NCBI GenBank assembly: GCA_965242865.1
Contig: CBDETK010000013.1
Span: 4,192,001-4,256,000, forward strand
From: Candidatus Latescibacterota bacterium
Lineage (GTDB): Bacteria > Latescibacterota > UBA2968 > UBA8231
Direction of reading: 5' to 3'
Length of the DNA: 64,000 bases
Under the pieces are notes generated by a model. That model did no database searches. It was not told the origin of the DNA and saw only the letters and a list, made by a program, of their open reading frames with translations. Below are positions 16,401-24,721 of this stretch, in pieces; position 1 is the first letter of the stretch; each line of letters begins with the position of its first letter. The translations under genes and the position numbers were made by a program.

Positions 16401-18976
16401 ATAGCGATGACGAGGGCAACGAGACGATCATGCTCAACGGGTCCACGCCGGGCCTGACGAGCGGCTCAGCCCAAATCACGATTTCCGACGCCGCGGTTGT
16501 AGATGGTAATGGTGATGGTGATGACACAGGTCCGCAACCGCTCGCTTTTGCCGAGGAGGCTTCTATTGCCGATCAGCAGTACACCGCTGGTACGGAGATT
16601 GAAGCCATGGAACTACCGGCGGCATCGGGCGGTACGGGCGACGTTGCGTATAGCGTCTCCGAACTGCCGGCGGGCCTGTCGTTTGACGCGGCTACGCGCA
16701 TGCTTTCGGGCACGCCCGAAGCGGCCACCGAAGAGGCTGTCGAAGTTACCTACACGGCGATGGCGGGCGAAGAGTCCGCAACCCTGACCTTCTCCATCAT
16801 GGTCAACCAGCCGCTAGAACCCTTTAACTTTGGCGATTTCTTTGGCATGTTCAATAATGGGGGTGCTGGCAAGGCCAATCCCGCGGATGAGCACGGGGAG
16901 GACGGAGTTATCCGGGCGGTCGTTGGCGAGGCGTACTCGCTGACGCTGCCCGAGGTCATGGGCGGTACGCCGCCGCTGACCTACAGCGTGTCGGGGCTAC
17001 CGGCGGGCCTGTCGTTTGACTCGGCCACGCGGACGATTTCGGGTACGCCCGAAGCCGTAAGCGACGCGCCGGTAACCGTCACCTACACGGTTACAGACGC
17101 CGCGGGTGCTTCCAGTTCCGTGCCGTTCCAGTTCGCAGTCATGCCGCCTTCTTTGGACGCTCCGGACGCGGTGGTAGCCGCAGATTACATGGGTGCTGAC
17201 GGTTCGGGCGACCAAGGTGGCTTTGTGCTGCTGACGTGGGACTTGTCCACTGATCACCACACGCTCGACGGCTATCGCGTCTTCCGCGAGATGCCCGTGT
17301 TGGGCGGCGAGATGATGCCTTGGGCCATGGTGGATGCAGTGCCGGGTGTTGCTGTCGGCCGCGCTATCGTCGCGACGCTCGACAATGTTGCGACCAACTG
17401 GGGCATTGCGGCCGAGCGCGGCAACCTGACCACGCATGCGACCGCTAAGGCCGTGTTTGTTCGCGCCGGCGATATGAGCCAGTCCTACGAGCAGATGGCT
17501 GAGACGCTGATGGCCAGCCGCGAGGCGATTCAAGCCGGTGACGCGCCGGTGTTCGCCACGCTGTTGCCGGAAGCCCTCGCCTTTGCCCAAGGCGTGGCTC
17601 CCAAGCTGAATCTCGTGGCCTCCGGGGCAGAGCGCTCGGCTCTGACCATTACCGAAGAGGCGGTGCGCGCTATCGACAATATCGCTCCGATGGCAGTGCC
17701 GACGCTTCAGGTATTGGACGCGCCCGGCGACGCCGGCGGTCGCATCGCGCTGACGTGGGCGCTGTCGCCTTCGGATCAGCTTTTGCAGGGCGTCGTTGCT
17801 GGGGCCTTGGGTCCGGCAACGGCTGAGCCTGTCGCTGGCGTCCATGGCTACGGCATCTATCGCCGCGCGGCCGGTGACGACGAGTTCGTCTTGGTCGGGC
17901 AGGTAGTTGCAGGGGCTACGTCGTTTGTCGATGAAACGGCACTCAACGGCGTGCGCTACACCTATCAGGTGCGGGCCTACGACGCAGACAACGAAACCGC
18001 TTCGGTTGAGCATACGGCGCTGGCCGTGCGCAATCAGGTGGTCGATAGCGAAGGCCGTGCATTGTATGGTCTGTTCGGCGCGGACAACCGCGTTGGCTTC
18101 GACGACTTCTTCCTCTTGGCCGATATGTTCGGTTTGACGGCCGAGGACGCTGCGTTTGACCCGGCGTTTGACTTAGTGTCGGGTGCTCAGCCGCAGATCG
18201 ACTTCGACGACTTCTTCGTCTTTGCCGATCACTTTGGTCGCAGCACGGGCGCGGCTGCCAAGCGCGTGCCCATGCAGGCTGGCCTGAATGCGGATGCGCG
18301 GTTGTATCTGGCGGCCCAGTCGGCACTGCCGAGCGTGGGTGAAGACTTTGTGCTCGATGTGCGTTTGGCGGATTTCGCCGCGATGCAGGGCTACGGCTTG
18401 CAGGTGCAGTATGAGGCTGACAAGCTGACGTTTGTCGAGGTGTCAACCGACCGGCCGTTGGGCGGTGGTGAGTTGGCCGCTCCGCAGGTGTTGTCCGACG
18501 CGAGCGGGGTGTTGACGCTGGCGGCGCACGGCGAGGTGTTGTCCGATGGCGAAGTCGGGTTGCAGTTGGTGTTCCGCGCTGCGACCGAGATCGAGGACAC
18601 GGTCGTTGAGATTACCGCCAGCGAGCTAGCCGATGGCGCGTTAGCGGTCAACCGGCTGGCACTGCCGGCGCCGGTGTCGTTGCAGACGCGGCCGGAAGTC
18701 TTTTCGCTGGTCGATAACTATCCGAACCCGTTCAACCCGGCGACGACGATTCGCTATGCGTTGCCGCAGGCTGCGGACGTGGAACTGACCGTGTATAACG
18801 TGGTTGGTCAGCCGGTTCGGACGCTGGTAGCTGAGTCGCAGAGTGCGGGTCGTTACGTGGTAGAGTGGGACGCGACCGATGACCGCGGGTACAGTGTGTC
18901 GTCGGGGATGTATTTCTACCGCTTACAGGCGGGCGATGCGTTCCTCCAAGTCAAGAAGATGCTGCTGCTCAAGTAA
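13484..18976 (+). CDS. Giant secreted acidic surface protein: Calx-beta/Ig-like repeats, 3 He_PIG (putative Ig) repeats, FN3-like, dockerin/EF-hand-like, cohesin-like and FlgD-Ig/T9SS-like C-terminal domain
   Basis: GGGAGG RBS, signal peptide (ASA-V); about 6 units with RD.DY...IPAG...TP.D...I.DDE; LPAGL.FD.ATR.ISGTP x3; FDDFF..AD.FG x2; NYPNPFNP...SGMYFYRL...KKMLLLK. Confidence 0.85.
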   Translation: MIHMKSLIRRLAGGSWLLAAGLVLGWEGAASAVEITLSLDKTKVREDAGKTMITAKAKVAADAAADIAVVLSLDDATNAQNDRYRISKLPTIIIPKGKKEATGEITFTPINDKLRGTNYQNNGADDDLDIDIEGDAGSSHTVVPSGGVTLTLVDDDKISDSFDLSFDPGDLSNEASSTSVTVTGALNGSLSGVNATYTLAFRNAVSIDVTDFPHATDDAGRDTLILTRDSDYAATAASLTLRKKRVSGRATISIDPKESKKYDAYIALEAVGSDTLKGIDLNLDGDTGDSYSLTAQAWDHDSDGGTTPEINRYILLETTLAGGTGAGLIDYGDLGVDEVGTDGPEGGNDNVWESQVGIDLNLDGDLTGDQDFRLLASGNCPTDTDEDGTGCVLREADLKFVVNRPPAFFKIKDAAIADVKSDGLAATPAMVRENAGRTEIELKVTLKAAVSNDQSVRFTINTGADCVGDFDCAGSRDIHYTVDVDDLTITAGETSATTTLVLTPVDNTGVTGSRGFQVEAKVGAGDTAGRANITIVDDETLTDTITLSATPNELKAETGAQDVTVTGTLNGKVFDDDVTVTLIISRDGPDEGTATDDNAAQRDTDYTASLRSLTIPAGEVSGTSTVSITPLAGGDKKIFLTQLKSPVKNDDDEDVNTTIATITLKDADAAATPTDPDALSFGSIDLGSTVFEYTVGMEIEPEVLPAAEGGTGDKRYSVSATLPAGLTFDPATRTISGTPMAKGEAPVIYTVLDDDDSAAMSFKIEVSEAPPVTTSVASVTASHSSVRENGAMTEIGITATLSAASENAETVRFTIGAPSEGALAVRDVDFTASISGSVVIAAGETQGRTMLSLTPIDNDAVDGNKYFGVEASASGGSAKTDIKIADDETASTSISLSAVPHTLSEDDGVTAIAVTATLDGKVLEGDITVTLSVDPASAATRDVDYSALFNPLLVIPAGSISNSVNLLIDPTADSDDEGNETIMLNGSTPGLTSGSAQITISDAAVVDGNGDGDDTGPQPLAFAEEASIADQQYTAGTEIEAMELPAASGGTGDVAYSVSELPAGLSFDAATRMLSGTPEAATEEAVEVTYTAMAGEESATLTFSIMVNQPLEPFNFGDFFGMFNNGGAGKANPADEHGEDGVIRAVVGEAYSLTLPEVMGGTPPLTYSVSGLPAGLSFDSATRTISGTPEAVSDAPVTVTYTVTDAAGASSSVPFQFAVMPPSLDAPDAVVAADYMGADGSGDQGGFVLLTWDLSTDHHTLDGYRVFREMPVLGGEMMPWAMVDAVPGVAVGRAIVATLDNVATNWGIAAERGNLTTHATAKAVFVRAGDMSQSYEQMAETLMASREAIQAGDAPVFATLLPEALAFAQGVAPKLNLVASGAERSALTITEEAVRAIDNIAPMAVPTLQVLDAPGDAGGRIALTWALSPSDQLLQGVVAGALGPATAEPVAGVHGYGIYRRAAGDDEFVLVGQVVAGATSFVDETALNGVRYTYQVRAYDADNETASVEHTALAVRNQVVDSEGRALYGLFGADNRVGFDDFFLLADMFGLTAEDAAFDPAFDLVSGAQPQIDFDDFFVFADHFGRSTGAAAKRVPMQAGLNADARLYLAAQSALPSVGEDFVLDVRLADFAAMQGYGLQVQYEADKLTFVEVSTDRPLGGGELAAPQVLSDASGVLTLAAHGEVLSDGEVGLQLVFRAATEIEDTVVEITASELADGALAVNRLALPAPVSLQTRPEVFSLVDNYPNPFNPATTIRYALPQAADVELTVYNVVGQPVRTLVAESQSAGRYVVEWDATDDRGYSVSSGMYFYRLQAGDAFLQVKKMLLLK

Positions 18977-18998
18977 ACGACCCTACTGCACAGCGCGT

Positions 18999-19045
18999 TA
19001 GTGAAATGGGACCTCAAACCTCAAATTTGGGGTCCTATTTCACTA
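18999..19045. terminator. Long inverted repeat, probable terminator or processing stem
   Basis: TAGTGAAATGGGACCTCAAA...TTTGGGGTCCTATTTCACTA. Confidence 0.75.
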
Positions 19046-19097
19046 TATAAATCAACAGGTTCCGATTTTCCGATTACTAATAGAAGGAGAAGCAACC

Positions 19098-21143
19098 ATG
19101 CAGAACAGCGTGCGCAAGATGTTTCCTCTTGCCATCGCCCTGTTGCTCGCACTTTGTGGAGCCGCTATCGCCGGGGACAATGCGAATGTCGTCATTTCGC
19201 TGGACAGTGGGGAGCATGTCGCCGCTGGTTCTAGTGAACAAATTCAGGTGGAGTTGTCGGCTGCCGGAATGGTCGGGGTCAAGCAGTTTGATGTTACCCT
19301 GACGGCCTCTCCGCCTGATGCCTTTGATCTGGCGGCGACGACCTTTACCTCGGCTTTTGGCTTTTCGCCCGGCGTGGAATTGCTAGGGGATGGGCTGATC
19401 AAAAGCGGTGCGGCCACTCTCGGTGAGACAGTAGATGGCGATAGTGCTTTGGGTGTTTTTACCCTCACGACGTCGAGTAGCTTTAGCCAAAATGACTCTG
19501 GGGCTGTGGTGGTGATTAACGTGTCCCTCGGGTCGTCGTCTGTGGACCGGGATGTCCTTGAGCCGTTAGGGCTTGAACTGATCGTCAATCTGCCGGTGTA
19601 CCAGCCGATGCTGGTAGCCACTTCGTCGCTTACTGCGAATCCGGCCTATTCTCCGGTCGGTGCCGGTGCGGTTGCCGATGGCAGCCCGGGCGAACTCGAG
19701 TTCGCGGTCAATTTCGCGGACTATAAAGGTAGGGCCACCAAGGGCCAGCCCATTGCTTGGGACATCACCAACGAGGGGTCTAAGTCGGTCTATCTGCTCG
19801 GAGTCGGAGAGGTGCCCTCTGGGGCGTATGTATGCCTGCGGAATGTGACCGATGCGGCTGGCGATGCGGCCATTCAGTTTGATTGCGAAGGCAACCTAAA
19901 AGCGGCGGCCACGTCGCTCGATGTGCGCGCCCGCACGACCGCGGGGAATTCGGCCGGTGAGTCTAGCGACTTGGCGGTTGACTTCAACGCCACTTGGGCG
20001 GTGCCGGACGCCGATCAATTGATGTTCGTCTCGCAGGTTTCCCTCGATAGCGAGGACGAGATCGTCGCGGGTGCGGGGGAACAAGTCCCCGTGGCTTTGT
20101 CGGCGGCCGGGCTAGTCGGCGTAGAGCAGGTTTCGGTCACCTTGCACGTGTCGCCGGCCGATGCCTTTGACCTAGCGGCTACCACGTTTGCGGGTTCCGC
20201 TGCGTTTAATTTGTCGGCCCCGGCCGTGGAAGTTGCCGAGGGCCAAGTGCGGGGCGGCGCGGTGGTGATTGAGGCCGCCGTAGATGGCGATGGCGAGTTG
20301 GGGATGTTTACCCTCGTCACAGCGGACGACTTTAGCACCGAGGCCGAGGCCGAGATTGTGGTCAACAGCGTCTCGATCGGCTCGGCGTCCGATATGCGCG
20401 ATGCCTTGGATGCCGAGTTATTGGGTCTCAGCGTGTACATCAACCGGCCCGATCCGGTGCTGGTAGCCACTGCGCCGCTAGTGGGCAACGCGCTGATTTC
20501 TGGTGCCGAGGCGGGAGCGGTTGATGACGGCAGCCCCGGTGAGATCGAGTACTCGGTCCATTTCACCGATCGCTGGGGCGATTCGGGTGAGGGTCAGCTC
20601 ATCTCGTGGGACATTTACAACCGCAGCGCGCAGTCGGTGTCTGTGATCAACATCGGCACGATTCCCGCCGGTGGCAGCGCGTTCTTGCGCACTACCACCG
20701 ATGCCGACGGCAATTCGTCCATTGAGGTTGACGCCGAGGTCGTGTCTTTCCTCAGCATTCAGGCGAGTACCACCACGGAGAATGCTGCTGGCAATACCCT
20801 TGACTTGGCGGTTGACTTCAGTGCCGCTTGGGCCGCGGCCAAGCCGCTCGCGGCCGTGCCTTTGGCCAATTCGCTGAGTCAGAACTATCCCAACCCTTTC
20901 AACCCGGAAACCACGATTCGCTACGATCTGAGCAGCGACGCTATCGTCTCCTTGGCGATTTACAACATCGCGGGTCAGGTCGTGCGCAAGCTGGTTGACG
21001 GCGAGTCGCTGGCCGCAGGTCAGTACCAAGCCGTGTGGGATGGCCGGAACGAAAGCGGCGCTAGCGTCGCCAGCGGCATGTATTTTTACTTGTTCCGTGC
21101 TGGCGATTACGTAGCGAAGCGCAAGATGGTGCTGCTCAGGTAG
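19098..21143 (+). CDS. Secreted protein with two ~278-aa (cohesin-like + Ig-like) repeats and FlgD-Ig/T9SS-like C-terminal domain
   Basis: AGGAG RBS, signal peptide (AIA-G); duplicated SLDS...LSAAG.VGV.Q...DAFDLAATTF and DLAVDF.A.WA (834-bp period); QNYPNPFNP...SGMYFY. Confidence 0.82.
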   Translation: MQNSVRKMFPLAIALLLALCGAAIAGDNANVVISLDSGEHVAAGSSEQIQVELSAAGMVGVKQFDVTLTASPPDAFDLAATTFTSAFGFSPGVELLGDGLIKSGAATLGETVDGDSALGVFTLTTSSSFSQNDSGAVVVINVSLGSSSVDRDVLEPLGLELIVNLPVYQPMLVATSSLTANPAYSPVGAGAVADGSPGELEFAVNFADYKGRATKGQPIAWDITNEGSKSVYLLGVGEVPSGAYVCLRNVTDAAGDAAIQFDCEGNLKAAATSLDVRARTTAGNSAGESSDLAVDFNATWAVPDADQLMFVSQVSLDSEDEIVAGAGEQVPVALSAAGLVGVEQVSVTLHVSPADAFDLAATTFAGSAAFNLSAPAVEVAEGQVRGGAVVIEAAVDGDGELGMFTLVTADDFSTEAEAEIVVNSVSIGSASDMRDALDAELLGLSVYINRPDPVLVATAPLVGNALISGAEAGAVDDGSPGEIEYSVHFTDRWGDSGEGQLISWDIYNRSAQSVSVINIGTIPAGGSAFLRTTTDADGNSSIEVDAEVVSFLSIQASTTTENAAGNTLDLAVDFSAAWAAAKPLAAVPLANSLSQNYPNPFNPETTIRYDLSSDAIVSLAIYNIAGQVVRKLVDGESLAAGQYQAVWDGRNESGASVASGMYFYLFRAGDYVAKRKMVLLR

Positions 21144-21193
21144 TTCCGCAGTTCCTTCCTTCCTTAGGTGGACAACAGCAGTAGTCAGTGAGT

Positions 21194-21229
21194 GAAATGG
21201 GGCCTCAAAAGGGTCCCATTTCCTTTTTT
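21194..21229 (+). terminator. Rho-independent terminator
   Basis: GAAATGGGGCCT-CAAA-AGGGTCCCATTTC followed by a T tract. Confidence 0.8.
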
Positions 21230-21271
21230 GGCACGGCCCGTTGCACAAGGCCGCGGCGTTTGCGACTGAAT

Positions 21272-21517
21272 ATGAAAATCAGGGTCTTATTTTTTGCTTC
21301 CTGCCGCGATGCAGTCGGCCACAGAAGCTGCGACTGGGAGATTGCGGAAGGCTACCGGGTCGCGGATTTGCAGCGGGAGCTCGTGGCCGCGTATCCGCAA
21401 CTGGGCGCCGTGCAGCCGGTGTTGTCGATTGCAGTCAATTCCGAGTACGCGGGAAACCACACCGTGTTAAAGGCGGGCGATGAGGTGGCTCTTATTCCGC
21501 CGGTAAGTGGGGGCTAA
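21272..21517 (+). CDS. moaD: Molybdopterin synthase sulfur-carrier subunit
   Basis: MKIRVLFFA...AVN.EY...GDEVALIPPVSGG with C-terminal GG. Confidence 0.95.
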   Translation: MKIRVLFFASCRDAVGHRSCDWEIAEGYRVADLQRELVAAYPQLGAVQPVLSIAVNSEYAGNHTVLKAGDEVALIPPVSGG

Positions 21518-21518
21518 C

Positions 21519-21935
21519 GTGTTCAGAATTACCGAAGAGCCGATTGAACCCGGCGATTTGTTTGTCAAGGTGGTGCGCGCTGAAAATGGTGCGGTGGCCA
21601 CGTTTGCCGGGGTGGTGCGCAATCACTCCGGGGACAAGCAAACCGATTACTTGGTGTACGAAGCGTATCCGGCTATGGCCGAGAAGAAGATGGCGGCGAT
21701 TGGCGACGAGTTGAAGGCGCAGTGGGGCGTCGTGGATGTTGCGATGATTCACCGAGTGGGGAAGGTCGAAATCGGGGAAATCAGCGTGTTAATTGCCGTG
21801 GCTAGCCCTCATCGGGCCGAGGCGCTGGCCGCGTGTCAGTACGCCATTGATCGGCTCAAGCAGATCGTGCCAATATGGAAGAAGGAAGTGGGAGTCGAGG
21901 GGGAGAGCTGGGTTGAAGGGCCGCAGGGAGCCTAG
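21519..21935 (+). CDS. moaE: Molybdopterin synthase catalytic subunit
   Basis: GAVATFAGVVR, YEAYPAMA, HRVG, PHR, PIWKKE. Confidence 0.95.
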   Translation: MFRITEEPIEPGDLFVKVVRAENGAVATFAGVVRNHSGDKQTDYLVYEAYPAMAEKKMAAIGDELKAQWGVVDVAMIHRVGKVEIGEISVLIAVASPHRAEALAACQYAIDRLKQIVPIWKKEVGVEGESWVEGPQGA

Positions 21936-21936
21936 T

Positions 21937-22407
21937 ATGGTGTTCAATTTTGGTTGGCTATTGGAAGGTCGGTTGGCAGGTGCTGGGCAGATTGGTGGTT
22001 GGGATGGGAACGAGGAGCTAGCGGACGATCTCGATTTGCTGGCGGCGCAGGGCGTAAAGGCGATTGTGTCGCTGACTGCAACTGCTCTGCAGACGAGGGA
22101 GGTGGCGGCGCGCAATATGGCGTACCTGCACTTGCCCATACGAGACATGGAGCCGCCGTCGCTCGGGGATATACGGGCCTTTGTCCAATTCGTCGATGAG
22201 GCGGTCGAGCAGGGACAGCCCGTGACGGTCCATTGCAGCGCGGGGTTGGGGCGCACGGGTACGATGCTGGCGAGTTATTTGGTGCGGATGGGCAGCAGCG
22301 CGACGGCCGCCCTGACGCAGGTGCGGAACCTGCGCCCCGGTTCGGTAGAAACAGCCGCCCAAGAACGAGCCGTATATGAATACGCCGCGCATCTTGGGCA
22401 ACTGTAA
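21937..22407 (+). CDS. Dual-specificity/PTP-like protein phosphatase
   Basis: CX5R loop HCSAGLGRTG, acid loop PIRDMEPP, RPGSVET..Q. Confidence 0.9.
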   Translation: MVFNFGWLLEGRLAGAGQIGGWDGNEELADDLDLLAAQGVKAIVSLTATALQTREVAARNMAYLHLPIRDMEPPSLGDIRAFVQFVDEAVEQGQPVTVHCSAGLGRTGTMLASYLVRMGSSATAALTQVRNLRPGSVETAAQERAVYEYAAHLGQL

Positions 22408-22436
22408 TTGACATAGCAGGGTGGCACGAGTACATT
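22408..22436 (+). promoter_or_regulatory. Sigma70 promoter candidate
   Basis: TTGACA, 17 bp, TACATT upstream of the 64-aa gene. Confidence 0.65.
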
Positions 22437-22491
22437 GAATGCAAGCTATGGTTCCTAGCGGCTATACGCCAAAACTAAAAGAGAGGGCCGG

Positions 22492-22686
22492 ATGGAAAAA
22501 ATTGATTTTCCTGAGTGTTTGAAGTGCAAGGAAAGCGTTTTAATCCCGCTTTCCGACTATGGAAGAGACGGCGCGGCGATTCACTACAAAGCGTGGGCCT
22601 GCACGAATCCAAGTTGCGGCTACCACATCCGAATAGACAACGGCGAGTTGAGTATCGGCGAGGAACTCAAGCGGTCGTTTAAGTAA
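22492..22686 (+). CDS. Small putative zinc-ribbon protein (64 aa)
   Basis: CLKC...CTNPSC; GAGG RBS; own promoter and downstream hairpins (22700-22721, 22733-22763). Confidence 0.75.
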   Translation: MEKIDFPECLKCKESVLIPLSDYGRDGAAIHYKAWACTNPSCGYHIRIDNGELSIGEELKRSFK

Positions 22687-22776
22687 GCATCCCGCCTTCG
22701 CTTTTAGTGCGCGGTAAAAGCAGTAGATTACGAGAAGAGGCCCCCTTTTGCGGAGCCTTTTCTTCTATGGGGTCCA

Positions 22777-23709
22777 TTGTTGGCCAACATCAGTATAAGC
22801 AATTGGGGAATCAGGGCCGGCGCACTGGTGCTATCGTGTGCGCTATGGCTTCACGCGGTAACAGAGAAGTACTACGATAAAGAAATTGCAGTGCGCCTCT
22901 GGGTCGAAGTCCCCCCGCCGGGCGAGGGCGTGGAAGGGGATAGGGTGCTGGCCAGTGAAGTGCCTTCCACGGTTCGCGTCTTGGTCACAGGCGGGGGCAA
23001 AGATCTGTTGTTCGACTTGGACGACGATTCCTTTGTGCTAAAGTTGCGGGCCGAAGGCAAGGACCGAATTCACCGTTTGGCTCCCTCCCAAATCACAAAA
23101 CGGGCGGCCGACTTGGACGCCGAAGTCAAGGAAATCCTCGAACCAAAAGAAATTGCCATTGCCCTAGCGCCGAGGATGGAACGGGACGTGCCGGTGCGGG
23201 TGCAAGCGAGCATAGCCGCGGCCGCGGCCCACGTACAGGTGACGCCGGCACAAGCCGATCCCGCGCTCGTCCGGGTGATCGGTCCTCAGCAGCAGGTCGC
23301 AGCATTGCGTTACGTGGAGACGGATTCGCTGGTTTTGCAGGATGTCAGAGAAGACGTCGATGTGGAGTGGCCCTTGCGGCATCCCGAGCACACGCAACTC
23401 GCGTTTGTGCCCGAAGCCGTGCGCGTGCATGCCGCCGTGCAGATGATCGCCGAGGACGATTTAATGGAGGTGCCGATTGCGGTGCGCCATGTCGGCGAGT
23501 TGCGCTTGCGGCCCGAGCCGGCCACGGCCCAAGTCAAGGTGCGCGGCGGGATTGGCGTGATCACCCAACTCGATCCAGCCCGCGACATAGAGCTATACGT
23601 GGATTACGCCGAGTATCAGGGGAGTGCCTTGCCAGTGCATAGCGCGGAGACGCCGGTTTTTGAGGTGCGCCATATCTCGCCGGCATACGTTGACTTGGTG
23701 AGCTACTAG
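22777..23709 (+). CDS. YbbR/CdaR-like domain membrane protein
   Basis: N-terminal TM (LVLSCALWLHAV), about 3 beta-rich repeats with P..V.V.G motifs. Start codon uncertain. Confidence 0.75.
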   Translation: MLANISISNWGIRAGALVLSCALWLHAVTEKYYDKEIAVRLWVEVPPPGEGVEGDRVLASEVPSTVRVLVTGGGKDLLFDLDDDSFVLKLRAEGKDRIHRLAPSQITKRAADLDAEVKEILEPKEIAIALAPRMERDVPVRVQASIAAAAAHVQVTPAQADPALVRVIGPQQQVAALRYVETDSLVLQDVREDVDVEWPLRHPEHTQLAFVPEAVRVHAAVQMIAEDDLMEVPIAVRHVGELRLRPEPATAQVKVRGGIGVITQLDPARDIELYVDYAEYQGSALPVHSAETPVFEVRHISPAYVDLVSY

Positions 23710-23710
23710 G

Positions 23711-24721
23711 ATGTTGGTGCTGGGGCTGGAGACCTCCTGCGATGAGACGGCCGCCGCGGTCGTCGATGAGTCGTTCGCCGTGCATTCCAATATCATCTTT
23801 TCGCAACAAGAGCACGCGCCGTACGGGGGCGTGGTGCCCGAGCTGGCTTCGCGGGCCCATATACGCACGTTGGTGCCGGTCATCCGGCAGGCCCTTGCGG
23901 CCGCGGGCACGGGTTGGGAAGAAGTGGATGGGGTGGCGGCGACGCGCGGGCCGGGCTTGGTCGGTTCGTTGATCGTGGGGCTGTCGCTGGCCAAAGGGTT
24001 GGCGTTGGCGCGCAATAAGCCGCTAGTCGGCGTCCACCACCTAGAGGCCCACGTGTTTTCCAACTTGATCGCCGCGCAGGTCGCAGTCCCCTTCCTGACG
24101 CTGCTGGTTTCGGGCGGGCACACCGAGTTGATCTTGGTGCGCGCCCTCGGCTCCTACGAGGTGCTGGGCCGGACGCGCGACGACGCAGCCGGCGAGGCAT
24201 TTGACAAAGTCGCCAAGTTGCTGGGGCTCCTGCCCGGGGAGGGAGCGGTGGCCGGTGGCCGGCTCGTGGCCGAGCTGGCTGGGGATGGCGATCCCACTGC
24301 CATTGACTTTCCCCGCGCCCTCGCGGGCGAGCTGGATTTCAGCTTCAGCGGCCTAAAAACCTCGGTGTTGCACTACGTGCACTCGCTTACCCCGCAAGCG
24401 CGGACGCAGCAGCTCGCCCATATTGCCGCCAGCTTCCAAGAAGCCGTAGTAGATGCCTTAGTCGCCAAGACCTTGTTGGCCTTGGACCGAGCAGACGTTG
24501 CAACCGTTTGCCTCGCGGGCGGCGTGGCCGCCAACCAGCGTTTGCGCCAGGGCCTGCGTGCCGCAGTGGAGGACCGCGGCCTATCGTTCCATTGCCCGGC
24601 GTACGATCTGTGTACGGACAATGCCGCCATGGTGGGAGCCGTTGGAGCCTTCTACCTCAGCCGCGGTGTCTGCGATAGTCTCGATGTGGACGTCGCCCCC
24701 CGCCTGAGCTGGCGTGTCTGA
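23711..24721 (+). CDS. tsaD: tRNA t6A37 threonylcarbamoyltransferase
   Basis: LGLETSCDET, GGVVPELASRAH, HHLEAH, VSGGHT, DDAAGEAFDK, CTDNAAM. Confidence 0.97.
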   Translation: MLVLGLETSCDETAAAVVDESFAVHSNIIFSQQEHAPYGGVVPELASRAHIRTLVPVIRQALAAAGTGWEEVDGVAATRGPGLVGSLIVGLSLAKGLALARNKPLVGVHHLEAHVFSNLIAAQVAVPFLTLLVSGGHTELILVRALGSYEVLGRTRDDAAGEAFDKVAKLLGLLPGEGAVAGGRLVAELAGDGDPTAIDFPRALAGELDFSFSGLKTSVLHYVHSLTPQARTQQLAHIAASFQEAVVDALVAKTLLALDRADVATVCLAGGVAANQRLRQGLRAAVEDRGLSFHCPAYDLCTDNAAMVGAVGAFYLSRGVCDSLDVDVAPRLSWRV

